32,000 nt of DNA from Mycolicibacterium smegmatis (GTDB lineage Bacteria; Actinomycetota; Actinomycetes; Mycobacteriales; Mycobacteriaceae): contig NZ_LN831039.1 of assembly GCF_001457595.1 (NCBI RefSeq), forward strand, positions 5,430,001 to 5,462,000, read 5' to 3'. Made by a program: the position numbers and the translations under genes. Each line of letters starts with the position of its first letter. Positions within the stretch are counted from its first letter, which is position 1. The notes below the pieces were generated by a model, which searched no databases, was not told the DNA's origin, and saw nothing but the letters and a program-made list of their open reading frames with translations. This document shows, piece by piece, positions 7,869 to 16,892 of this stretch.

Positions 7869-7930
7869 CTTCGTCTCCTGACCTCATCGGTTCAGACGAA
7901 GCGATAGCCATCCGGCGAACGCGTGAAACC

Positions 7931-8161
7931 TCAGGAGTCGGGGAAGTCGATCAGGCCATCATTGCGTGCGTCGACGACGACGTGTTCCCAGCCGATTACC
8001 GCGGCCGCGATCACCGAGATGGCCGCAGCGAACGCCGCGAGCGATGCAGGCGTCGTCCACTGCGCGCTCGCGGCGGCCGCGAGCAAGAGCAGTGCGAAAG
8101 CGCCGGCGAGCACCAGTCGGGTGCGCCTCGCGCCCCGCGGTGATCTGAACAGCGTGGTCAT
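7931..8161 (-). CDS. small two-TM membrane protein (hypothetical)
   Basis: 76 aa with two hydrophobic spans (LVLAGAFALLLLAAAA; AAFAAAISVIAAAVIG). No clear RBS. Confidence 0.4.
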   Translation of the reverse strand: MTTLFRSPRGARRTRLVLAGAFALLLLAAAASAQWTTPASLAAFAAAISVIAAAVIGWEHVVVDARNDGLIDFPDS

Positions 8162-8249
8162 GAAACCACTGTTCCGGGACGTTCTGAGGAGGGTTGAAGC
8201 GTTTCCTGTGAAATCGCCATGGACATGCTACGAAGGTGCCCCCGCTATC

Positions 8250-9050
8250 GTGGCCAACGTGGATCGTCGACAGATGCTGCTGTTGTCAGGGTTGGGCGCG
8301 ACGGCAGCGGTGCTGCCGGTGCCGCGTGCGGCCGCCGTACCGAACCAGACGGCGGCGTCGTATGTGTTCGCCGACGAGTTCGACGGGCCCGCGGGGTCGG
8401 CACCCAGTGCGGCGAAGTGGACCATCGCGAAGGCCCGCGAGACCATCCAGGATCCGACGTACTGGGAGCAGCCCGGCCGCATCGGCCAGTACCGCAACGA
8501 TCGCCGCAATGTCTTCCTCGACGGCAAGTCCAACCTCGTGATCCGCGCGGCGAAGGACGGCGACACCTACTACAGCGCCAAGCTCGCCAGCGTATGGGAG
8601 GGCGGCGCGGGCCACACCTGGGAGGCCCGCATCAAGTTCAACTGCCTCACCGCGGGCGCCTGGCCGGCGTTCTGGCTGGGCAACACAGGCGAGGGCGAAC
8701 TGGACATCATCGAGTGGTACGGCAACGGCAGCTGGCCCTCGGCCACCACGGTGCATGCGAAATCCAATGGCGGCGAATGGAAGACGCACAACATCGCCGT
8801 CGACAACGGCTGGCACCGGTGGCGCACGCAATGGGACGCCGAGGGTGCCCGCTTCTGGCTGGACTACACCGACGGCGCGCAACCGTACTTCGAGGTCGCC
8901 GCGAGTTCACTGCCCGACTGGCCGTTCGACCAACCGGGTTACACGATGTTCGTGGTGCTCAACCTCGCGGTGGCGGGCTCGGGCGGCGGCGATCCCAGCG
9001 GGGGCACCTACCCGGCCGACATGCTCGTCGACTGGGTGCGCGTCTGGTAG
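8250..9050 (+). CDS. glycoside hydrolase family 16 (beta-glucanase/laminarinase-like) with Tat-type signal
   Basis: GH16 catalytic motif EGELDIIEW (ExDxxE). N-terminus VANVDRRQMLLLSGLGATAAVLPVPRAAA has a twin-arginine. The start is uncertain (GTG 8250, GTG 8259 or ATG 8274). The 5' part of track ORF 7923..9050 overlaps the minus-strand gene and is not credible. Confidence 0.85.
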   Translation: MANVDRRQMLLLSGLGATAAVLPVPRAAAVPNQTAASYVFADEFDGPAGSAPSAAKWTIAKARETIQDPTYWEQPGRIGQYRNDRRNVFLDGKSNLVIRAAKDGDTYYSAKLASVWEGGAGHTWEARIKFNCLTAGAWPAFWLGNTGEGELDIIEWYGNGSWPSATTVHAKSNGGEWKTHNIAVDNGWHRWRTQWDAEGARFWLDYTDGAQPYFEVAASSLPDWPFDQPGYTMFVVLNLAVAGSGGGDPSGGTYPADMLVDWVRVW

Positions 9051-9213
9051 TTCAGCTTCTGAAATCGCGCCGACGGTCGTGATTCGTCGCTCGGCACAGC
9101 CATGTGCGCAATCTCGAAGCCCGGCTCCCCTGTCTCACCCAAGGTGTGGACCTCAACTCCTCAGGCACGCCGGCGGAGGCTTGCTCGTGAAGCAGTTTTG
9201 ACAGAGCCCGATG

Positions 9214-9876
9214 TCAGCGAGGTCGGCCCTGCGGGTTCGCCATACCGGTGATCAACAGGTCGACCACGTTGGTCGCGAGTTCGTTGATCTCGTCGAGGGT
9301 CTGCCCCTCGATCCTGCGGTACCACATGTCGACGGCGTTGAGGTTGCTCAGCAGTGTGCGGGTGGCAAGTGCCTCGTCGACGACGCGTAGGGAACCGTCG
9401 GCGATACCTTCGGCCACCACACGCCGGAACATCAGCTCGTAATCGCGCCGGAGTTCGTTGAGCGCGGCGAGTGCGTCGCGCTGCCGGATCTTCAGCGCGG
9501 TCGAGGCCTGGTAGCGCACGCCTTGATGCACGACGTGGTGGTACCCGAGTTCGGTCATCAGGTTCTCCAGGTGCGCGACCGACATCGCCGCCAGACGCTC
9601 CCGCCCGGTCCCCGCTCCGCCCGCATGCGGTTCGACGCGTTCGCGGACCCGGCGCATACCGTCCTCGTACACGGCCAGGAAGATGTCGAACTTCGACCGG
9701 AAGTGGTAGTAGATCAGGCCCTTGGTGGCCCCCACCTGCTCGGCGATGTCGTCGATGGTGGTGTTGGCGAACCCGTGGACCATGAACGCGTCGGCGGCCG
9801 CATCGAGGATCCGGGTCTTGACGTCGATTTCCAGTTCGGCGCTCGCGCTCACTTCGACTCCCTCTTCCGACCGCAT
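9214..9876 (-). CDS. TetR/AcrR-family transcriptional regulator
   Basis: HTH segment TTIDDIAEQVGATKGLIYYHFRSKFDIF. ATG at 9876; an alternative GTG at 9852 follows GAGGGAG. Divergent from the MFS gene. Confidence 0.85.
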   Translation of the reverse strand: MRSEEGVEVSASAELEIDVKTRILDAAADAFMVHGFANTTIDDIAEQVGATKGLIYYHFRSKFDIFLAVYEDGMRRVRERVEPHAGGAGTGRERLAAMSVAHLENLMTELGYHHVVHQGVRYQASTALKIRQRDALAALNELRRDYELMFRRVVAEGIADGSLRVVDEALATRTLLSNLNAVDMWYRRIEGQTLDEINELATNVVDLLITGMANPQGRPR

Positions 9877-9921
9877 TGTTGTCCACGCCGTGCCGACGCG
9901 TGGCCGTGTCCGCATGCACGA

Positions 9922-9964
9922 TTGACTTCGATTGTGACGCTCGTTACCGTAATACTCCGTAGTA
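9922..9964 (+). promoter_or_regulatory. possible promoter (TTGACT-n17-TACCGT) with overlapping imperfect palindrome TACTCCGTAGTA
   Basis: Found by eye in the TetR/MFS divergent region. The palindrome at 9953-9964 is 10/12 self-complementary. Confidence 0.3.
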
Positions 9965-10050
9965 TCCCTGGTGAACGCGGGTATCGCCAACCGCTACCAG
10001 CACCGCCCCCGGCCCGCCCGCCATTCACGTGAACACCCGAAGGGACTCCC

Positions 10051-11373
10051 ATGAGCCTGGACAGCTCACGCGCCGTGCTCTCGTCAGCCGACGAACTGCA
10101 CAAGCGCGCCACCCGCAAGGCCGTGCTGCGACTGCTGCCGGTGATGTGCGTGGTCTACTTCATGGCCTACATCGACCGCACCAACGTCGCGCTCGCCAAG
10201 ACCCATCTGGACACCGACGTGGGCATCAGTGCGGCCGCGTTCGGGTTCGGCGCGGGCATCTTCTTCATCAGCTATGCGTTCCTCGAGGTCCCCAGCAACC
10301 TGGTGATGTACCGCGTGGGGCCGCGACGCTGGATCGCCCGTATCGCCCTGACGTGGGGCGCACTGTCTGCGCTGATGATGTTCGTGCAGGGCGACATGTC
10401 GTTCTACGTCATGCGGTTCCTGCTGGGCGCGGCCGAAGCGGGCCTGTACCCCGCACTGATGTACATGGTCACGTTGTGGTTCGCCCAGAGTTACCGCGCC
10501 ACCGTCGTCGGCTTCATCTACCTCGCGCCGACCATCGCCCTGGTGGTCGGTGGGCCGATGGGTGGGGCCCTGATGGAACTCGACAGCGCCATGGGACTGC
10601 ACGGCTGGCAGTGGATGTTCCTCATCGAGGGGCTCGTCACCATGCTCGTCGGCGTCCTGGTGTGGTTCAAACTGCCCCAATCCCCCACTGAGGCAAAGTG
10701 GTTGACGCCTGACGAGGCACGCATCCTGTCCGAGCGTGCGGCCGGCGCCCACCACGAGACCGTGACACATCTGCGCGGCAACCTCGGCAAGGCCTTCGGC
10801 AGACCCTTCGTCATCGTGGTGGCGCTGATCTACTTCTTCAACCAGATCACCAACGTCGGCATCGTGTTCAACATTCCGGCCATCGTCGAAGACCTCGACA
10901 TCAGTGGATCTTTCGTCATCGGCCTGCTCTCCGGCAGCGCGGGCATCGGCGCGACCATCGGCGTGCTGGTGGTCCCCCGCCTGTTCGCGTGGTATCAGCG
11001 CGAGGCCGCCGCGGTCGGCATCCTCGCGGCCGCAACGCTTGTCACGTCGGTGCTGTTCATGTTGTCCACCAGCGCGTTCGCCCGCATCATCCTCATCGCG
11101 ATCTCGATGATCTTCGTGTTCGGCACCCTGCCGCTGTTCTGGTCGATCGCGATGGCGCGGATGTCCGGGCTCGTGGCGGCCGCGAGCCTGGCGTTCATCA
11201 ACACGATCGGGCTGATCGGCGGGTTCGTCGGGCCGTACCTGTTCGGTCTCGCCGAAACCGCGACGCACAACCCGTCGGCCGGGTTCTACATCGTCATCGT
11301 CTCCTCGGTGATCGGCGTCGCGCTGGCGCCGGTGCTCGCGCACGCGATCCGCCGCGAAGATTCGACCGCCTGA
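10051..11373 (+). CDS. MFS transporter (anion:cation symporter / TtuB-phthalate permease-like)
   Basis: 440 aa and about 12 TM. N-terminal motif YFMAYIDRTNVALAK...GAGIFFISYAFLEVPSN is typical of ACS-family MFS proteins. Confidence 0.9.
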   Translation: MSLDSSRAVLSSADELHKRATRKAVLRLLPVMCVVYFMAYIDRTNVALAKTHLDTDVGISAAAFGFGAGIFFISYAFLEVPSNLVMYRVGPRRWIARIALTWGALSALMMFVQGDMSFYVMRFLLGAAEAGLYPALMYMVTLWFAQSYRATVVGFIYLAPTIALVVGGPMGGALMELDSAMGLHGWQWMFLIEGLVTMLVGVLVWFKLPQSPTEAKWLTPDEARILSERAAGAHHETVTHLRGNLGKAFGRPFVIVVALIYFFNQITNVGIVFNIPAIVEDLDISGSFVIGLLSGSAGIGATIGVLVVPRLFAWYQREAAAVGILAAATLVTSVLFMLSTSAFARIILIAISMIFVFGTLPLFWSIAMARMSGLVAAASLAFINTIGLIGGFVGPYLFGLAETATHNPSAGFYIVIVSSVIGVALAPVLAHAIRREDSTA

Positions 11374-11392
11374 TTACGGAGAGATCTGCCGC

Positions 11393-12988
11393 ATGCACGG
11401 TTTGATGCAAGACCGACCGCTGAGCCTGCCCCTGCTGATGTCCGGTTTGGACGGCCGGTTCAGCCACAAGACCGTCACGACGAACCATCCGGATGCTCCG
11501 ACCGTGGCGACGTACGGTGCTGTCGCCCAGCGGGTTCGCCGTCTCGCCGGGGTGCTCGACGCGCTCGCGGTCCCCGTGGGCGCGCGGGTCGGCAGCTTCG
11601 GGTGGAACACGCAGCGTCACCTCGAGCTGTACCTGGCGGTGCCCTGCACCAACCGTGTACTGCACACCGTCAACCATCGTCTCTTCGCCGACGACATCGT
11701 GTACATCGTCAACGACGCGGCCGACGACGTGCTGTTCGTCGACCGCTCGCTGCTGGATGTGGTGTGGCCCTTGGTCGGCCGGTTCACCACGGTGCGCCAC
11801 GTGATCGTGATGGACGACGGCAGCGGCCCGCAGATCCCCGACGGTGCGCATGATTACGAACACCTGCTCGCCGAGGCTCGGCCCGTCGCACGTTTCGAGG
11901 TGTCCGACGAACGCACGGCTGCCGCGCTCTGCTACACCTCAGGCACCACGGGTCGCCCCAAGGGCGTGCTGTACGACCATCGTTCGATCGTGTTGCACGC
12001 CATGAGCCTGCTGATGGCCGACGCCTTCGGTATCGGCGAAGCCGACGTGGTGATGCCGATCGTGCCGATGTTCCACGTCAACGCGTGGGGTCTGCCCTAC
12101 GCGGCGGTGATGTCGGGCGCGTCGCTGGTGCTGCCCGGGCCTGCGATGCAGCCAGCATCCCTGGCCGAGTCGCTCGACACCGCGGGTGTGACGTTCGCGG
12201 CCGCGGTGACCACGGTGTGGCGCAACGTGTTACCGCATCTTTCTGGCCGTTCCCTGCCGTCGGTGCGCCGCCTCGTCAGCGGCGGAGGCCCGCTCCCGGA
12301 AAGCCTGTCGCGACGCTATGCCTCGGAGATCGGGGTGCCGCTGTGCAGTTCCTGGGGCATGACGGAGACCAGCCCGCTGGTGTGCAGCGCGCGGATCCCC
12401 ACCGGGCACTCCGGCGACGAGGTCGAAACCCTCTGTCTGCCAGGAGTGTCCATCCCGTTGGTCGAGCTGCGCCTGCAGCGCGACGACGGCTCGTTCGCTC
12501 CCCACGACGGGAAGTCCTCCGGCGAACTGCAGGTTGCGGGCCCGACCATCGCGTCGGGATACTACGGCGCAACCGACGGATCTGCCGCCTTCACCGAGGA
12601 CGGCTGGTTGCGCACGGGCGATGTCGCGACCATCGACGCCCACGGGCTGGTTCGGATCGTCGACCGCATCAAGGACCTCATCAAGTCGGGCGGCGAGTGG
12701 ATCTCCTCGGTCGAACTGGAGAACGCGATCATGACCTGCCCCGCCGTGGCCGAAGCGGCCGTCGTCGGTGCACCGCACGAGCGGTGGGGTGAGCGCCCAC
12801 TGGCGTTCGTCGTTCCCGCCGCCGGTCACGACGCGACGCCGGATCTGGTGCGCGACCACCTGCAACAGCGCGTCGCGCGGTGGTGGATACCCGACGACAT
12901 CGTCATCGTCGACGAGCTTCCCAAGACCGCCACCGGGAAGATCTCGAAACGGGCCCTGCGGCAGAACCTCTGCGCACCCGCAGGCTGA
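11393..12988 (+). CDS. AMP-dependent acyl-CoA synthetase/ligase (FadD-like)
   Basis: AMP-binding motif [12 protein letters not shown]; later motifs TGD and GKISKRALR. Confidence 0.9.
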   Translation: MHGLMQDRPLSLPLLMSGLDGRFSHKTVTTNHPDAPTVATYGAVAQRVRRLAGVLDALAVPVGARVGSFGWNTQRHLELYLAVPCTNRVLHTVNHRLFADDIVYIVNDAADDVLFVDRSLLDVVWPLVGRFTTVRHVIVMDDGSGPQIPDGAHDYEHLLAEARPVARFEVSDERTAAALCYTSGTTGRPKGVLYDHRSIVLHAMSLLMADAFGIGEADVVMPIVPMFHVNAWGLPYAAVMSGASLVLPGPAMQPASLAESLDTAGVTFAAAVTTVWRNVLPHLSGRSLPSVRRLVSGGGPLPESLSRRYASEIGVPLCSSWGMTETSPLVCSARIPTGHSGDEVETLCLPGVSIPLVELRLQRDDGSFAPHDGKSSGELQVAGPTIASGYYGATDGSAAFTEDGWLRTGDVATIDAHGLVRIVDRIKDLIKSGGEWISSVELENAIMTCPAVAEAAVVGAPHERWGERPLAFVVPAAGHDATPDLVRDHLQQRVARWWIPDDIVIVDELPKTATGKISKRALRQNLCAPAG

Positions 12989-13025
12989 CTATTCTGGGTC
13001 GGACTCCTGAGGCGAAGGACTGATC

Positions 13026-13634
13026 ATGGACTCCGACACGATCTGGCGACATGTCGACGAACAACGTGGACAGCTCGCAGATCTCCTGGACACCCTCAAG
13101 CCCGAACAGTGGTCGGCGCCGTCGCTGTGCGCGGGCTGGACCGTGCGTGACGTCGCGGTGCACGTCACGCAGGTGAACGTCAGCCGCGGCGAATACGTGC
13201 GCGCCGCGATCAGGTCGAGATTCCGGTTCGACGCCATGATCAGCCGGATGGCCGTGACCGACACCTCCGACCCGGCGACCATCACCGCGCGGTTGCGCGC
13301 CATCGTCGGCGATCGCGGGCGCCCGCCCTTCACCAAAGAGGTCGACCCGCTCATGGATGTCCTGGTCCACACCCAGGACATCTGCGTACCGCTCGGGATC
13401 GAGCATCCGATGCCCGTCGACGCCGCCGTCGCCGTGGCACAACGGTTGTGGGGCATGAAGTTTCCCCTCAACCCCCAGCGCGACCTGCCGGGTTACCGGT
13501 TCGTCGCCACCGATGCCGGCTTCACTGCAGGACCGGAGTGGGGTGCCCTGCGCGAGGCACCCATCCACGACATCGTGCTGATGCTCAGTCGACGGCTCAG
13601 CATTCCGGACTCCGAGCCCGATCCCGACGAGTGA
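13026..13634 (+). CDS. DinB-fold maleylpyruvate-isomerase-family (mycothiol-dependent) enzyme
   Basis: N-terminus ...LADLLDTLKPEQWSAPSLCAGWTVRDVAVHV is characteristic of the TIGR03083-type family. Confidence 0.8.
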   Translation: MDSDTIWRHVDEQRGQLADLLDTLKPEQWSAPSLCAGWTVRDVAVHVTQVNVSRGEYVRAAIRSRFRFDAMISRMAVTDTSDPATITARLRAIVGDRGRPPFTKEVDPLMDVLVHTQDICVPLGIEHPMPVDAAVAVAQRLWGMKFPLNPQRDLPGYRFVATDAGFTAGPEWGALREAPIHDIVLMLSRRLSIPDSEPDPDE

Positions 13635-13658
13635 TCTCCCGCGTGATCTCCTGCGCCC

Positions 13659-13716
13659 AACGTTGGCTTGTGTGCGAACTTTCCGACAAATCTCGCACAC
13701 AAGCCAACGCTCGGCG
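13659..13716. repeat. 58-bp palindromic intergenic element, copy 1
   Basis: aacgttggcttgtgtgcgaactttccgacaaatctcgcacacaagccaacgctcggcg. Internal perfect 17-bp stem (13661-13677 pairs with 13693-13709) with a 15-nt loop. Confidence 0.85.
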
Positions 13717-13750
13717 CGCGTCGCTCAGGTGGAGCTCGTACTTTGTGGCG

Positions 13751-13808
13751 AACGTTGGCTTGTGTGCGAACTTTCCACCAAATCTCGAACACAAGCCAAC
13801 ACTCGGCG
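13751..13808. repeat. 58-bp palindromic intergenic element, copy 2
   Basis: Matches copy 1 at 54/58 positions by eye, 92 bp downstream of it. The stem carries one mismatch. The element ends 3 nt before the stop of the convergent PE-PPE gene. Confidence 0.85.
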
Positions 13809-13811
13809 AGC

Positions 13812-15233
13812 TTACTCGGAGTCGGACTCGGACGCAGACTCGGACTGGGTCTCGTTCTCACTCTTGGCCTTCTTCGGCTTGGCCCGCGGGCCTTTGAGCC
13901 CCTTCGCCAGATCCTTGAGGCCTGACTCGACCTGACTTTTCACATTGTCGAGGCCGTCGCGGATCGCGTCACGATGTTCATGTCGGCGCTCTCGGCGCGT
14001 CTCACGCGGGCTCTTCTTCTTCTCGATGTCGTCCCCGGCGCGGGCCTCGGTGTCTGTGTCGGTATCCGTGTCGGTGGCTGTGGTCTCGTCATCCTTGGTG
14101 ACGACCTCGGTATCGACGTCCTTGGAGACGTCCTTGATCACGACCTTGGCGTCATTCTTGGTGTCGTTCGTGGTGACGCCCTTGGTGTCGGGCTCCTTGA
14201 TGCCCAGCTTCGAGTCACCATCCACGGCGTTGTGGGTGCCGACGTCCTTGGTTTCCGTACTGGTGGTATCTACATCGGTGGTCTCGACGCCGCCGGCAAC
14301 ATCGGCCTCGGGAGTCTCGACCTCCTGCGGAGTCTCGACAGTGCGACGGATCTCGCCGTTGTACAGATACGGGCGCGTGTCGCCGGGCTTGTCGTTGCGC
14401 ACGTACGCCGAATCGATGATGGGACGGAGGATGTTGTCGATCGCGTCGACCCATTGATCCGGCACCCCGATATCCCGGAGGAACTGTGTGAGGGGCAGAT
14501 TCTTGGTCGGAACCAGCATGGTCGTGATGGGTCCGTGGTCGGCGTTTCCCGGAATCGTCTTCACGTTCTCCGGCGGCACATCATTCGGATCGGTAGTGAA
14601 ACTCGGAACCCCGTGGACGTACACGATGCCCAGCAAGGCGTTGGCCGTCGCGAGCAGGTTCCACGGCCGATCAGGCGGATCGGCCCAACCGTCGTACTCG
14701 CCGATCACGATGGTCGTCGGATACGGCGACAGCGCAACACGTTTCACCCGGTAGTTCAGGATCGGGATGAACGTGCCTTCCTTGAAGTACTCGGCGACAC
14801 CGACTTCCGGCGGGGCGATCAGGACGACGCGAACGTCGTCCAGCCGCGGGTTGGGACTGGCGGCGAGTTCCTTGGCGACCCGGGCTGCGACCATCGACCC
14901 CATCGACTCACCGATGATCACGATCTTGCCGTCGGTCTGCTGCACGGCGATCATCGTCTGCTGCACACCGTCGAGAAGCGCCTTGTCGGAGTTGAGCGCG
15001 TCCTGCGAATAGTCGATCAGCAGGGGTTGCCCGTCCTCGTGGAAGTGGATGCCGATCTTCGGGTAGTTCAGGGCGATCAACGGATGGAACGGGTTGATCG
15101 GCTTGAGAACGGTCGCCCCTGGGATCAAGATCGCCTCTTCGGCCCGGCTGGCCACGTCGACCACGGTGCCCGACGCCAGCACCAGTGACGCGGCCGCGAT
15201 CAGAGGAACCAATTGTTTGCGCCAGCTAATCAT
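13812..15233 (-). CDS. secreted PE-PPE-domain (PF08237-like) serine hydrolase with long charged low-complexity C-terminal tail
   Basis: ATG at 15233 follows GGGGAGGAG. Signal peptide MISWRKQLVPLIAAASLVLASG. Nucleophile motif IIGESMGSM. The C-terminal roughly 170 aa are T/D/K/E-rich, with KDV repeats, TDTDTDTDTE and SESASESDSE. Confidence 0.85.
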   Translation of the reverse strand: MISWRKQLVPLIAAASLVLASGTVVDVASRAEEAILIPGATVLKPINPFHPLIALNYPKIGIHFHEDGQPLLIDYSQDALNSDKALLDGVQQTMIAVQQTDGKIVIIGESMGSMVAARVAKELAASPNPRLDDVRVVLIAPPEVGVAEYFKEGTFIPILNYRVKRVALSPYPTTIVIGEYDGWADPPDRPWNLLATANALLGIVYVHGVPSFTTDPNDVPPENVKTIPGNADHGPITTMLVPTKNLPLTQFLRDIGVPDQWVDAIDNILRPIIDSAYVRNDKPGDTRPYLYNGEIRRTVETPQEVETPEADVAGGVETTDVDTTSTETKDVGTHNAVDGDSKLGIKEPDTKGVTTNDTKNDAKVVIKDVSKDVDTEVVTKDDETTATDTDTDTDTEARAGDDIEKKKSPRETRRERRHEHRDAIRDGLDNVKSQVESGLKDLAKGLKGPRAKPKKAKSENETQSESASESDSE

Positions 15234-15357
15234 CTTGCGCTCCTCCCCGTGCGTCATCGACGCTCAGAAGCGGAGCTTTACACACCAAAGACGCAGTTCC
15301 GGCGAATTTCGCAAAAATATGCACTTGCGATAAAAACAATCACCGCGCAAACAGATG

Positions 15358-15540
15358 TCAACGACGCAGCGACTGCCCGGCGGCCACCAGAACCGACACC
15401 CCGACGCTCACCGCGAAGATCCCGACCACCAGGTGCCGCGGCCCGTCGTTGATCAGATACACCGACACCTGTAACACCCCGGCGATCAGCGCCAGCAGGC
15501 CGAAGGCCAATCCGGCGATCGCGAGGCGCTTGCGGGTCAC
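15358..15540 (-). CDS. small two-TM membrane protein (hypothetical)
   Basis: 60 aa, GTG start, two hydrophobic helices. No convincing RBS. Confidence 0.4.
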   Translation of the reverse strand: MTRKRLAIAGLAFGLLALIAGVLQVSVYLINDGPRHLVVGIFAVSVGVSVLVAAGQSLRR

Positions 15541-15647
15541 AACCCGAGTCTAGATGCGCTGCGCCATGGGCTTTGCGCACCAAAACCGTGACGAAGAGGG
15601 GCTTTCGATCAGGTGGTTATCGTGGGGTATCGGCGAATGGAGGTCTG

Positions 15648-15959
15648 ATGAGTACCGAGACGCAGCTCGACCGCACCGGTGCTGCCACCATCGTCACCGA
15701 GCATCCCGACCAGTTCAGGATCGCGGTCGACGGTAAGACGGTCGGTGTCGCCGACTATCACGATCGCGACGGCCGCCGGATCTTCCCGCACACCGAGGTG
15801 CTGCCGCAGTATCGCGGCCGCGGACTGGCGACGATCATGATCGCCGAAGCGTTGCGGTCGACCAGGGCGGCCGGCCTGCGGATCGTGCCGACGTGCTGGA
15901 TGGTGGCCGAGTTCATCGACAAGCACCCGGAGTACGCCGACATCACCGACCGCCGCTGA
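15648..15959 (+). CDS. small GNAT-family N-acetyltransferase (YjdJ-like)
   Basis: ATG at 15648 follows GGAGG. Core HTEVLPQYRGRGLATIMIAEALRSTRAAGLRIVPTCWMV matches single-domain GNAT_acetyltran proteins. Confidence 0.8.
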   Translation: MSTETQLDRTGAATIVTEHPDQFRIAVDGKTVGVADYHDRDGRRIFPHTEVLPQYRGRGLATIMIAEALRSTRAAGLRIVPTCWMVAEFIDKHPEYADITDRR

Positions 15960-15963
15960 GCCG

Positions 15964-16746
15964 CTACGGACGACGGCCCAGCGCGGCCACCATCATGGGG
16001 GTGGTCAGTCGCGCATCTTGCTCGAGTCTGCGACGGACGAACTCCACCTGCTCGGCGGAGATGAGCCCCGCGGCGACGATGTCGTCGCTCAGGCTCTCCA
16101 GGGAGTGCTTGAAGAACGCGAACCCCGGCGCAGTCGAATCGACGATGCGCACCCTCCCCTCGCCCCGAACAGCGACGAAACCCGCGTCCACCAGATCAGC
16201 CACCATCCGACGGCCGTAATTGACCTCCACGCCTGAACGACGCATCAACGTCAGGCACGCCTCGACGGCGTTGACCACCTCGTCGCCGTCGAAGCCTTCG
16301 AACGCGAACGTCGACCAGTTGAAGTCCTCGACCACCAGCCATCCCCCGGGGCGAAGCGCCGCGATCAACCGGTCGAACACCTGCCGCCGGTCGACGAGGT
16401 GCTCCAGAACAAGGCGCGCGTGCACCAGATCGAAGGCCGCCTGCGGCAATTCAGTACGCCGGATGTCGGATTCGACCACCGTGACGGTGTCCGATCGCAG
16501 ATGTTCGACGAATCGGGTGTCGAGGTCGATGGCGGTGACGGTGGCCCCCTGCTCGACCATCCACTCCACCAGCGATCCGCCGCCGGCCCCCAGTTCAAGG
16601 CAGTTCCAGCCGGCGCTCAGGCCGACCTCGGCAAGCAGCGCCTGGCTTCCCGCATCCCACAGCGATTCGATCGCAACCAGCCGTTCTCGTTCCTCGGCAC
16701 CGAATGCGTAGTCGTTGTTGAGCGTCACTATCGGTTGAACGAGCAA
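15964..16746 (-). CDS. class I SAM-dependent methyltransferase
   Basis: SAM motif I CLELGAGGGSL, followed by the acidic loop AIDLD. The start is uncertain (TTG 16746 or GTG 16728). Confidence 0.85.
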   Translation of the reverse strand: MLVQPIVTLNNDYAFGAEERERLVAIESLWDAGSQALLAEVGLSAGWNCLELGAGGGSLVEWMVEQGATVTAIDLDTRFVEHLRSDTVTVVESDIRRTELPQAAFDLVHARLVLEHLVDRRQVFDRLIAALRPGGWLVVEDFNWSTFAFEGFDGDEVVNAVEACLTLMRRSGVEVNYGRRMVADLVDAGFVAVRGEGRVRIVDSTAPGFAFFKHSLESLSDDIVAAGLISAEQVEFVRRRLEQDARLTTPMMVAALGRRP

Positions 16747-16785
16747 TCGGCACGTTCCGTTTCACGAGTTGGTTCAGGAGGGACG

Positions 16786-16818
16786 TTGACAGCCAACCGC
16801 GGTCTGCAATATATTGCA
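16786..16818 (+). promoter_or_regulatory. near-consensus promoter TTGACA-n18-TATATT with embedded perfect 14-bp palindrome TGCAATATATTGCA
   Basis: -35 at 16786-16791 and -10 at 16810-16815. The palindrome at 16805-16818 is exactly self-complementary. It lies about 75 nt upstream of the O-methyltransferase ATG. Confidence 0.5.
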
Positions 16819-16892
16819 TGTTGCAGTGCGGCCGGACGGTTCGTACCTACCCCGCCAACTGGACGAACCAGCCACCCAACCCTTGGAGAACT

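Noticed and set aside
10084-11343. 419-aa minus-strand ORF opposite the MFS transporter
   Set aside because: Extreme Arg/Asp/His/Gly composition with no domain features. The plus-strand MFS frame has clear TM periodicity and family motifs.
13974-15188. 404-aa plus-strand ORF opposite the PE-PPE hydrolase
   Set aside because: A mirror ORF. The minus strand has an RBS, a signal peptide and a GxSxG motif; the plus-strand product is low-complexity Arg/Gly/Asp/Val.
15290-15350. AT-rich tract upstream of the PE-PPE hydrolase gene as a defined promoter
   Set aside because: I could not place a convincing -35/-10 or extended -10 pair by eye. It is probably a promoter region, but I cannot assign coordinates.
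16749-16762. 10-mer GTTCCGTTTC shared with the TetR operator region at 5961-5970
   Set aside because: I kept this only as a side note under the operator finding. There is no inverted partner arm near 16752, and a single shared 10-mer in 32 kb could be chance.
16818-16892. Upstream in-frame ATG (16818) extending the O-methyltransferase by 25 codons
   Set aside because: That ATG lies inside the palindrome and only 2 nt after the predicted -10. The extension (MLQCGRTVRTYPANWTNQPPNPWRT) is not family-like. ATG 16893 has a GGAGA RBS and gives a family-typical N-terminus.
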